9,168 nucleotides of DNA from a bacterium. Its GTDB lineage: Bacteria > UBP7 > UBA6624 > JBBIMK01. The stretch covers positions 1 to 9,168 of the forward strand of contig JBBIMK010000046.1 of NCBI GenBank assembly GCA_037444445.1, written 5' to 3'. The notes below the pieces were generated by a model. The model did no database searches and was not told the DNA's origin. It saw only the letters and a program-made list of their open reading frames with translations. The position numbers were made by a program, and so were the translations under genes. Below are positions 1 to 5,923 of the stretch, one piece after another; within the stretch, counting starts at the first letter, position 1; every line of letters begins with the position of its first letter.

Positions 1-88
1 CCGCTACCTGCCCTCGGGCGGGCGTTGCCATCAGCCCCGAAATCACCACCGCCATTGCCACCGCCATCACCACTCTTCCCATTTTCAT
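1..88 (-). CDS. N-terminal fragment of a secreted or membrane-anchored protein (signal-peptide-like); continues off the left edge
   Basis: The reverse complement of 1..88 reads ATG AAA ATG GGA AGA GTG GTG ATG GCG ... = MKMGRVVMAVAMAVVISGLMATPARGQVA and stays open to the window edge. It has a basic n-region, a hydrophobic core and a small-residue c-region. A GGAGG lies 13 nt upstream of the ATG at 88..86. An alternative start is the ATG at 82..80. It is too short to appear in the ORF track. Confidence 0.45.
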   Translation of the reverse strand, partial: MKMGRVVMAVAMAVVISGLMATPARGQVA

Positions 89-89
89 T

Positions 90-98
90 ATTATAACA
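90..98 (-). promoter_or_regulatory. Candidate extended -10 promoter (TGTTATAAT) for the left-edge ORF
   Basis: The minus strand reads TGT TATAAT at 98..90. A TTGCAA lies at 116..111 with a 15-nt spacer. The -10 ends 1 nt before the ATG at 88 and 7 nt before the ATG at 82. Confidence 0.35.
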
Positions 99-166
99 CC
101 CCCTCCTCTTTTGCAAGCCCTTCTATTTCCCCTTTTCCCTCTTCCCTCGCTCTTGCTCCTTCCCTT
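97..166. repeat. Low-complexity polypyrimidine (plus strand) / polypurine (minus strand) tract
   Basis: 62 of 70 plus-strand bases are C or T. There are short internal repeats such as CTTCCCT at 141..147 and 159..165. TCC occurs six times, which gives six GGA on the minus strand. Confidence 0.7.
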
Positions 167-421
167 ATGCGTCTCAGAAGCAGGGTTAACACCAGGGAAA
201 ATGCGTGCTTATTCGCAGGTCTACAAATTTTTACTGGCTTTATGCTTTCCTCTATTCCTGCCATTTTACCCCTAAAATAAGGGATTTTCTATATTCTGTC
301 AATGTGAGTTTTTTTATAGATGTGAATAAGCACAATCTTTAATAAATTTTTAATCTGGATATATCCGATAAATCTCCTTTCATACCAAACTGAAAAATGG
401 TTTTTACAGGGTTGAAGAGGG

Positions 422-427
422 TATAAT
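422..427 (+). promoter_or_regulatory. Candidate -10 box (TATAAT) for the 105-aa ORF
   Basis: A perfect TATAAT at 422..427 lies 11 nt before the ATG at 439. There is no good -35: TTTACA at 403..408 has only a 13-nt spacer. The upstream region is A/T-rich. Confidence 0.35.
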
Positions 428-438
428 CCCATTGGAAG

Positions 439-756
439 ATGAAGAAACACTTTTCAAGGAAATTTCTGGAGGAGTATCGCAAGCGGTGGAGTGCGGAGTA
501 TTGCACTGCAGAAGCCCTGGTGGAGGCTTTCTTCAAAAACCCCTCTCATTCCCTGTCCTATCAAGACCTTCACCTCGCCGGATTTGTGAAAAGAGGTCAG
601 GGTGATGAGGCAAACATTCTCAGGGAAGAAATTCTTCAGGCATTATGGAGAATGAACGAAAAATTAAAGGTATTTTTTGCTGGTAAAGGAAGGGTCTACA
701 CCATTGAAAAGGTGGGAGGCGACAGATTTCGTCTGAAGTGCAGGAGAGCATCCTAA
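439..756 (+). CDS. Hypothetical 105-aa protein; possible stand-alone OmpR/PhoB-type winged-helix (Trans_reg_C-like) DNA-binding domain
   Basis: ATG at 439 and TAA at 754..756. It is the only sizeable ORF in the gap between two minus-strand units. A TATAAT at 422..427 lies 11 nt upstream. Residues ~22-100 (TAEALVEAFFKNPSHSLSYQDL ... ANILREEILQALWRMNEKL ... VYTIEKVGGDRFRL) loosely follow the helix / recognition-helix / beta-hairpin wing pattern of OmpR C-terminal domains. There is no receiver domain. The functional call is weak and made from memory. Confidence 0.55.
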   Translation: MKKHFSRKFLEEYRKRWSAEYCTAEALVEAFFKNPSHSLSYQDLHLAGFVKRGQGDEANILREEILQALWRMNEKLKVFFAGKGRVYTIEKVGGDRFRLKCRRAS

Positions 757-830
757 AGTATTTGGTATGTTATTTCAGGAGGAAGTTTTATGCCCCTCTT
801 TTTGATAAACAGGCAGATGTGAAGAAAAAG

Positions 831-1898
831 TCAATTTACCCTTTTTTTCAAAGGGGCGCCGCAGGCTCCGCAGAATGAAAAGTCTGATGGCAAGCCCTTC
901 GCTCCGCAGGATGGGCACTCTTTCGTATAGGGACCCCAGAGGAATTCCCCCGACCCGCCTTTCGCAATCTTCGCCCTCAGCCCTTTATAATCTACCTTCC
1001 GCTTCTCCACAAACGCCTTCATCCCTTCGTAAGGCTCCAGAGAGGCAAAATGGAGAGCCAGCCAATCCCTCCCGTGCCCCACGGTGGCACTCCAGACCAG
1101 GTTCTTCCAGAAGTTCACCTGCTCTTTCGTATACCGGGTGCACTCGGGGAATTTATTCAGAATCTTCTCCGCCAGTTCCAGCACTGCAGAATCCAGTCGG
1201 GTGAAATCAATGGCATAACCCTCCTGGTGGTTGAGGGCTTTAGAAATCTCTTCAGGCGAAGGGTTTTCTATGAAGGTGCCGTTTCGGGCGACAGTGGGAG
1301 CCACCCGATTCACCAGCCCCCACTTCAAGGCTTGATGAGCCGAGATTCTCTCGCACAAAAACAGCATCTCACGGGCTTTTCTATCACCCACTATCAGGGG
1401 AAGCCACTGGGTGGCGCCCCCGCAAGCCACAGACCCCACGCTGGTTCCTACCTGCCCTACATACGCATGCTCTGCCATCACCGCCAGGTCGCAGGCCATC
1501 TGGGATTCATTTCCACCCCCCACTGCAATTCCATTGATGCGTGCAATCACAGGCTTGCCTGTATTCAGGATGGCTTCTATATACCCCCGGAACAGCCCCA
1601 TATATTTCCAGTAATCCCTCGGACGAACGGTGTACACGGAAGCATATTCCTCCACATCGCCACCGGTGGAAAAAGCCCGCTCCCCTGCACCGGTCAGCAC
1701 AATCACGCCGATGGAATCATCAAAACTCGCATCCGTGAAGGCCTGAATTAGTTCTTTCAGCGTCAGGGTGCTGTAAGCATTATACACCTGAGGTCGGTTG
1801 ATGGTGATTCTCGCCAGCCAGTCTTTCTTCTCATACACAATTTCCTGGAACTCAAACTCCTCAGCCTTCCTCGGCTCAATGGCACTTTTCTTTTTCAT
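831..1898 (-). CDS. Enoyl-CoA hydratase/isomerase (crotonase) superfamily protein of the MenB/BadI/Oah(BamA)-like clade, with a C-terminal zinc-ribbon extension
   Basis: 355-aa ORF. A GGAGG at 1911..1907 lies 8 nt before the ATG at 1898. Crotonase motifs are present: [70 protein letters not shown]. The ~30-aa insertion after GLVNRVAP and the overall length resemble 6-oxocyclohex-1-ene-1-carbonyl-CoA hydrolase-type members rather than MenB (recalled, not searched). The tail [24 protein letters not shown] is a four-Cys ribbon. Confidence 0.9.
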   Translation of the reverse strand: MKKKSAIEPRKAEEFEFQEIVYEKKDWLARITINRPQVYNAYSTLTLKELIQAFTDASFDDSIGVIVLTGAGERAFSTGGDVEEYASVYTVRPRDYWKYMGLFRGYIEAILNTGKPVIARINGIAVGGGNESQMACDLAVMAEHAYVGQVGTSVGSVACGGATQWLPLIVGDRKAREMLFLCERISAHQALKWGLVNRVAPTVARNGTFIENPSPEEISKALNHQEGYAIDFTRLDSAVLELAEKILNKFPECTRYTKEQVNFWKNLVWSATVGHGRDWLALHFASLEPYEGMKAFVEKRKVDYKGLRAKIAKGGSGEFLWGPYTKECPSCGAKGLPSDFSFCGACGAPLKKRVN

Positions 1899-1979
1899 CC
1901 TTCTTCCCTCCCGTTATTTCTCCGGGCTACTTTGCCTTTTCCTTTCATTCCCGCTTAAAAAATCTCCCCATCTTCCGCC

Positions 1980-3158
1980 TTACCTTAAGAAGTCCATTGC
2001 CATGCCCTGTCCGCCGGAGATGCAGAGCGTTGCCAGCCCGCATTTCGCATCTCGCTTTATCATCTCATGCAGGAGGGTCACCACGATTCGGGCGCCGGTG
2101 CAGCCTATGGGATGCCCGAGGGCAATGGCGCCACCGTTCACATTCAAACGCTCAACAGGCAGAGGCAACTCCCGCAAAACTGCCAGAACCTGCGCCGCAA
2201 AGGCTTCATTCAACTCTATCAGTTCATAATCCGATAGGGTGGTCTTTCGCTTTTTCAATAATTTCTGAACCGCAGGCACAGGCCCCATGCCCATTTCCTT
2301 CGGGTCCACACCCGCAGAAGTTACTCCACCAATCACGGCCAGGGGGTCCACTCCTGCTTTTTTCAGCCCTCTCTTAGAAGCCAGCACCACCGCCGCTGCT
2401 CCATCTGTAATCCCGGATGAATTCCCTGCCGTCACCGTGCCATTTTTTCTAAACACCGGAGGCAGGGACGCCAGCTGCTCCAGCGTCGTCCCGACCCGTG
2501 GGTGCTCATCCTGTGTCATTGGAATGATTTCTCCCTTCTGCCCTTTTACGAGAACGGGGACAATTTCATCCTTAAATCTGCCTCCTGTCATCGCCTTCCC
2601 GGTTTTCTGCTGACTGCTCAAAGCAAATCGGTCCTGCTCCTCCCTCGGGATAGAATACTTTTCCGCCAGTCGCTCTGCTGTTTCCCCCATCACCATTTCT
2701 GCAATCGGGTCCAGGAAGCCGTCTTTATACATTCCATCCATCAAAGTGGCATGCCCGAGGCGGTATCCGAACCTGACTCTATCCAGCATAAAGGGGACCC
2801 GGGTCATATTCTCTGCCCCACCCGCCACCACTATATCCGCCTCACCCAGGAGGATGGACTGGTAGCCGAGGGCAATGGCTTTGAGGCCCGACGCGCAGGC
2901 TTTATTCACCGTATAAGCGGGCACTTCCCGGGGCAAGCCCGCTTTCATCGTCATCTGGCGGGCGGGATTCGGACCGCATCCCGCCTGCCGGGCCACTCCC
3001 ATGATGACTTCCTGAACCCATTCCGGCTGAACCTTCGCCCTATTCAGGGCTTCCTGAATCACCACCGCCCCCAGGTCCACCGCCGATGTCTCCCTAAAAG
3101 CCCCCAAAAATCTCCCGATTGCCGTCCGACAAGCGGATATTATATAGACTTCCTTCAT
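1980..3158 (-). CDS. Acetyl-CoA C-acetyltransferase (thiolase II family)
   Basis: 392-aa ORF with the typical thiolase N-terminus [17 protein letters not shown]. It has the nucleophile motif [11 protein letters not shown] (Cys88), [24 protein letters not shown] and the C-terminal [10 protein letters not shown] motif. It lies 81 nt upstream of the crotonase gene on the same strand, so the two probably form an operon. Confidence 0.95.
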   Translation of the reverse strand: MKEVYIISACRTAIGRFLGAFRETSAVDLGAVVIQEALNRAKVQPEWVQEVIMGVARQAGCGPNPARQMTMKAGLPREVPAYTVNKACASGLKAIALGYQSILLGEADIVVAGGAENMTRVPFMLDRVRFGYRLGHATLMDGMYKDGFLDPIAEMVMGETAERLAEKYSIPREEQDRFALSSQQKTGKAMTGGRFKDEIVPVLVKGQKGEIIPMTQDEHPRVGTTLEQLASLPPVFRKNGTVTAGNSSGITDGAAAVVLASKRGLKKAGVDPLAVIGGVTSAGVDPKEMGMGPVPAVQKLLKKRKTTLSDYELIELNEAFAAQVLAVLRELPLPVERLNVNGGAIALGHPIGCTGARIVVTLLHEMIKRDAKCGLATLCISGGQGMAMDFLR

Positions 3159-3167
3159 CCTCCTACT

Positions 3168-3197
3168 ATCTTATGTGGCTTCCCTCCCACCTGTCAA
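3168..3197 (-). promoter_or_regulatory. Sigma70-type promoter of the thiolase-crotonase operon (TTGACA-18 nt-TAAGAT)
   Basis: On the minus strand, a consensus TTGACA lies at 3197..3192, followed by an 18-nt spacer and TAAGAT at 3173..3168. The predicted +1 is about 3161, 3 nt before the ATG at 3158. The AGGAGG at 3164..3159 abuts the ATG with zero spacing, so it is badly placed to act as an SD. Confidence 0.45.
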
Positions 3198-3340
3198 TGA
3201 TACACCCAATTAGTGAATGAGGGATGGAGTTTTGTGCACGACGGAGTGCCGCCCTGCCGCTCTTGCGTGAATGCCATTATCTCCCTCCACCATACCGGCA
3301 AGATTTCTGACCCCCGCCGGGTGGAGAGAAAAAGAAGGAC

Positions 3341-3369
3341 TTGAAAAAGGGGGAGAAAATGTGGATAAT
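3341..3369 (+). promoter_or_regulatory. Sigma70-type promoter of the transglycosylase-gcv unit (TTGAAA-17 nt-GATAAT)
   Basis: TTGAAA lies at 3341..3346, followed by a 17-nt spacer and GATAAT at 3364..3369. The predicted +1 is about 3376-3377, 1-2 nt before the ATG at 3378. There is no SD in between. Confidence 0.55.
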
Positions 3370-3377
3370 ACTTACCG

Positions 3378-4469
3378 ATGACCCGAAGAAACAAAATCCG
3401 AGTTTTCTCTCTCATTTTGTTGACCGGGCTGGTTTTCTCCGCCGCCACCTCGGAGCAACTGCAGAAAGCGCTCGTAAAAGCCAGGCCAGACATCACTTCT
3501 GAAGAGCAAGAAAAATTGATTCCCCTCCTGGATGCCATAGAAAGAGGGTTGCACCTGGACCCCTTTCTTGTTCTTGCCGTGGCTTCTTATGAAGCCAAAA
3601 GGGGAGAGCCGGCAGTTGACCGACGCTGGAAGTATGATGTTCAGGCGATTGCCAACAACCTTCCGCCCGGCAGTGTGCCTATCCCAGGCCCCTGGGAAGA
3701 TTTGCTCCAGGTAGCCCAGTCCCTGAGTGACGACCTGGATGAATGGGGTGAGAAGGGCGGAGTGAAACTCGCTCTTCAGGCTTATTTCTGGGGTAGTAAG
3801 CGGATGGAAGATGGCATTCCCCTTTCCCAGAAGGATGCCTCCTTCATTGAGGAAGTTCTCGCTTTCGCAGGGAAACTCAGACCTGAAAATACCCCCCCAG
3901 ACACGGAAGAAAAACCCTCCGAAAGCCTCCTCGAAAGGCTGACGAAAGAAATCAGCAAGAGTGAACAAGAGTTGTCGCAAAATCTCTTAAAATTTTCCGA
4001 GCGGAAGGAGAATTATGCCCGACTGATTCTCTTCTTTAATCGCCAACATACGCAGGAAATGGCGAATTCCATCTCGGAAGCCCTGGTCTACTGGAGCACA
4101 AAATTAAACATAGATACACGCCTGATTTTCTCCCTGTTGGCAGTAGAGTCCAGATTCAACCCCACGGCCGTTTCTTCCAGAGGAGCCCAGGGGTTGGGGC
4201 AATTGATGCCCCATAAGTCCAAACAACTCGGCGTCTCTAATCCATTTGATATTGAGGAAAATATCGTGGGCAGTATCCTCACCTTAAAAGATTTGCTCCA
4301 GAAATACCCCCTGGAACTGGCTCTGGCTGCTTACAATGCTGGAGAAGGAGCCGTCCGCCAGTATAACGGTATCCCGCCCTTTTCTGAAACGAGAAATTAT
4401 GTGAAGAAGGTCCTCCAGGTTTATCAATGGTTAGGGGGAAAGGTTGGAAGCACCCGAACTTCCCCTTAA
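3378..4469 (+). CDS. Secreted lytic transglycosylase (SLT / GH23 domain) with an N-terminal SLT-like degenerate repeat
   Basis: 363-aa ORF. The N-terminus MTRRNKIRVFSLILLTGLVFSAATS looks like a signal peptide. The C-terminal half carries canonical SLT motifs: LLAVESRFNP (Glu257 at 4146..4148), GAQGLGQLMP and LALAAYNAGEGAV. No SD precedes the ATG, and a promoter -10 ends 8 nt upstream. Confidence 0.9.
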   Translation: MTRRNKIRVFSLILLTGLVFSAATSEQLQKALVKARPDITSEEQEKLIPLLDAIERGLHLDPFLVLAVASYEAKRGEPAVDRRWKYDVQAIANNLPPGSVPIPGPWEDLLQVAQSLSDDLDEWGEKGGVKLALQAYFWGSKRMEDGIPLSQKDASFIEEVLAFAGKLRPENTPPDTEEKPSESLLERLTKEISKSEQELSQNLLKFSERKENYARLILFFNRQHTQEMANSISEALVYWSTKLNIDTRLIFSLLAVESRFNPTAVSSRGAQGLGQLMPHKSKQLGVSNPFDIEENIVGSILTLKDLLQKYPLELALAAYNAGEGAVRQYNGIPPFSETRNYVKKVLQVYQWLGGKVGSTRTSP

Positions 4470-5556
4470 GCAAACCCCTCTTTTTTCTTATCATCAAGCC
4501 CACGGGAGAATCATTACATTCGCCGACTGGCAAATGCCCGTGTGGTATGGAGGGATTGTGCAAGAGCATCTTTCAGTGCGAAATTATGCCGGCCTATTTG
4601 ATGTTTCCCACATGGGGCGGTTTCGCCTCCACGGACCCCGCGCCAGAAAAACTCTGGACTACCTCACCCCCAATGATGTCTCCTCCCTTCCCCCCGGCCA
4701 TGCCCAGTACACCATGCTCCTGAATCCATCCGGCGGCGCAGTGGATGACCTCATTATTTACTGCCTCGCTGAGGATGATTTCTTCCTCGTCGTGAACGCT
4801 GCCAACGCAGAGAAAGACTGGAATTGGATCTCCTGCTGGACGGGAAAGGACTGCATTCTTGAACTTTACACGGACCGCCTCGCTCTGCTGGCTCTCCAGG
4901 GCCCTGCCTCGGAGCAGGTCATGGAGAAAACCTTTCAAACCTCTCTCCAGGGCTTGCCCTCTTTTCAGCACACGGGCTTTCACTACGGAGGCGAAACCCT
5001 TCTCATCGCTCGCACCGGCTACACGGGCGAAGATGGGTTCGAAATTTTCGTCCCCGCTCACCGGGCCCTGGAAATTTGGGAAAGGCTTCTGGAGAAAGAT
5101 GAGAACCTGAAACCGGCAGGGCTGGGCGCCCGGGATACCCTCCGCCTGGAAGCCTGCTTCCCCCTGTACGGCCATGAACTGGACGAAGAAACTTCTCCTC
5201 TGGAAGTCGGTTATTCCTGGGTGGTGAAATTCCAGAAGCAAGATTTTATCGGGCGCACCGCACTGCTGAAGAAGAAATCCAGGGGATTGCCAAAATCCCT
5301 CCAGGCAATGGTGATGCTGGAAAATGCCGTACCCCGGCAAGGCTTCCGCATCTACCAGCAAAATTCCCCACTGGGCGTCATTACTTCGGGCACCTTCTCC
5401 CCCACACTCCATCAGCCCATTGCCCTTTTCTTCAGCCCGCCTGAAAAAGTTCACCCCGGTGATATTCTCACGGTGGATATTCGTGGTAAAATGCGTCAGG
5501 GTCAAGTGGTAAAAAAACCATTTTATAGAAGGAGGTCCGAAAAAGGTGTTTCCTGA
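4444..5556 (+). CDS. gcvT: Glycine cleavage system aminomethyltransferase (T protein)
   Basis: 370-aa ORF with the typical GcvT N-terminus (KQTPLFSYHQAHGRIITFADWQMPVWY). Other matching motifs are GLFDVSHMGRF, ARTGYTGEDGFEI and ARDTLRLEA. The start is TTG at 4444, the first start codon after the in-frame TAG at 4432..4434. It is preceded by GGGGGAAAGG. The gene overlaps the transglycosylase 3' end by 26 nt. Confidence 0.93.
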   Translation: MEAPELPLKQTPLFSYHQAHGRIITFADWQMPVWYGGIVQEHLSVRNYAGLFDVSHMGRFRLHGPRARKTLDYLTPNDVSSLPPGHAQYTMLLNPSGGAVDDLIIYCLAEDDFFLVVNAANAEKDWNWISCWTGKDCILELYTDRLALLALQGPASEQVMEKTFQTSLQGLPSFQHTGFHYGGETLLIARTGYTGEDGFEIFVPAHRALEIWERLLEKDENLKPAGLGARDTLRLEACFPLYGHELDEETSPLEVGYSWVVKFQKQDFIGRTALLKKKSRGLPKSLQAMVMLENAVPRQGFRIYQQNSPLGVITSGTFSPTLHQPIALFFSPPEKVHPGDILTVDIRGKMRQGQVVKKPFYRRRSEKGVS

Positions 5557-5923
5557 GGACTTAAGATATTCAGAATCTCACGAATGGGTTCGCCTGGAAG
5601 GAGGATTGGGCGTCATCGGTATCACCTACTACGCCCAGGAGCAACTGGGCGATGTGGTGCATGTGGAACTGCCACCGGTGGATACCTCCCTCAAAAAGGG
5701 TGACATCTTTGGCACCATCGAATCCGTAAAGGCTTCTTCCGACCTGTATGCACCCGTCAGCGGCACCGTCGTGGAAGTCAATGGAGATTTATCCGAAGAG
5801 CCGGAACGTATCAATCAGGACCCTTACGGTAAAGGGTGGATGATTGTCGTGGAAATGGAATACCCGGAAGAACTGGACCACCTCCTCACGGCGTCTGCCT
5901 ATGAAAAATTGGTCAGTGGGTAG
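5546..5923 (+). CDS. gcvH: Glycine cleavage system H protein (lipoyl carrier)
   Basis: 125 aa with a GTG start at 5546. A GGAGG at 5531..5535 lies 10 nt upstream. Motifs include YSESHEWV and GITYYAQEQLGDVV, plus the lipoyl-lysine motif ESVKASSDLYAPVSG (Lys62 at 5729..5731). It overlaps the gcvT end by 11 nt. Confidence 0.95.
   Translation: MFPEDLRYSESHEWVRLEGGLGVIGITYYAQEQLGDVVHVELPPVDTSLKKGDIFGTIESVKASSDLYAPVSGTVVEVNGDLSEEPERINQDPYGKGWMIVVEMEYPEELDHLLTASAYEKLVSG

Noticed and set aside
167-280. 37-aa ORF MRLRSRVNTRENACLFAGLQIFTGFMLSSIPAILPLK, with a basic N-terminus followed by one hydrophobic helix, as in a small membrane protein.
   Set aside because: It has no SD, and no -10 box within 7-11 nt of the ATG, unlike the other first genes here. 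It starts inside the CT-rich tract. It is too short to judge from composition. It would only be worth revisiting if Ribo-seq shows translation.
339-536. 65-aa minus-strand ORF overlapping the start of the 105-aa plus-strand ORF.
   Set aside because: It has no SD or promoter and the sequence is implausible (…FFIFQWDYTLFNPVKTIFQF…). It spans the AT-rich intergenic region. The plus-strand ORF is longer and has a -10 box, so it is the better candidate.
839-855. A CCCTTT-ttttc-AAAGGG hairpin at the 3' end of the crotonase gene, considered as a possible terminator.
   Set aside because: The stem is 6 bp and A/T-weighted, and it lies inside the coding sequence. On the minus strand it is followed by only a short interrupted T-run. 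That is not enough to call.
1050-1751. Long ORFs antisense to real genes. These include 1050..1751(+), 875..1204(+), 1798..2229(+), 1997..2377(+), 2287..2613(+), 2502..3200(+), 3372..3980(-), 3194..3538(-), 4279..4569(-), 4594..5505(-), 6669..7052(-) and 7216..7563(-), plus the other short track ORFs that lie inside or antisense to the called genes.
   Set aside because: Each lies opposite, or out of frame with, a gene that has clear family motifs. Their translations are Pro/Arg/Ser/Gly-rich low-complexity strings with no recognisable motifs. These are typical shadow ORFs of mid-to-high GC coding sequence.
3241-3340. A possible glycine riboswitch upstream of the gcv-containing unit, prompted by GGAGAG at 3323..3328 and ACCGGCAAG at 3294..3302.
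   Set aside because: The conserved ACCGAAGGGGCAA-type core and the paired aptamer architecture are not present by eye. The segment also lies upstream of the predicted -35 box, so it would not be in the transcript. An Rfam RF00504 scan would settle it.
5844-5900. ORF-track start of gcvPA at TTG 5844.
   Set aside because: It would add about 19 residues (MSWKWNTRKNWTTSSRRLP) with no similarity to GcvPA N-termini and would overlap gcvH by 80 nt. Homology begins at RYLPHT, so ATG 5901 or GTG 5916 is preferred.
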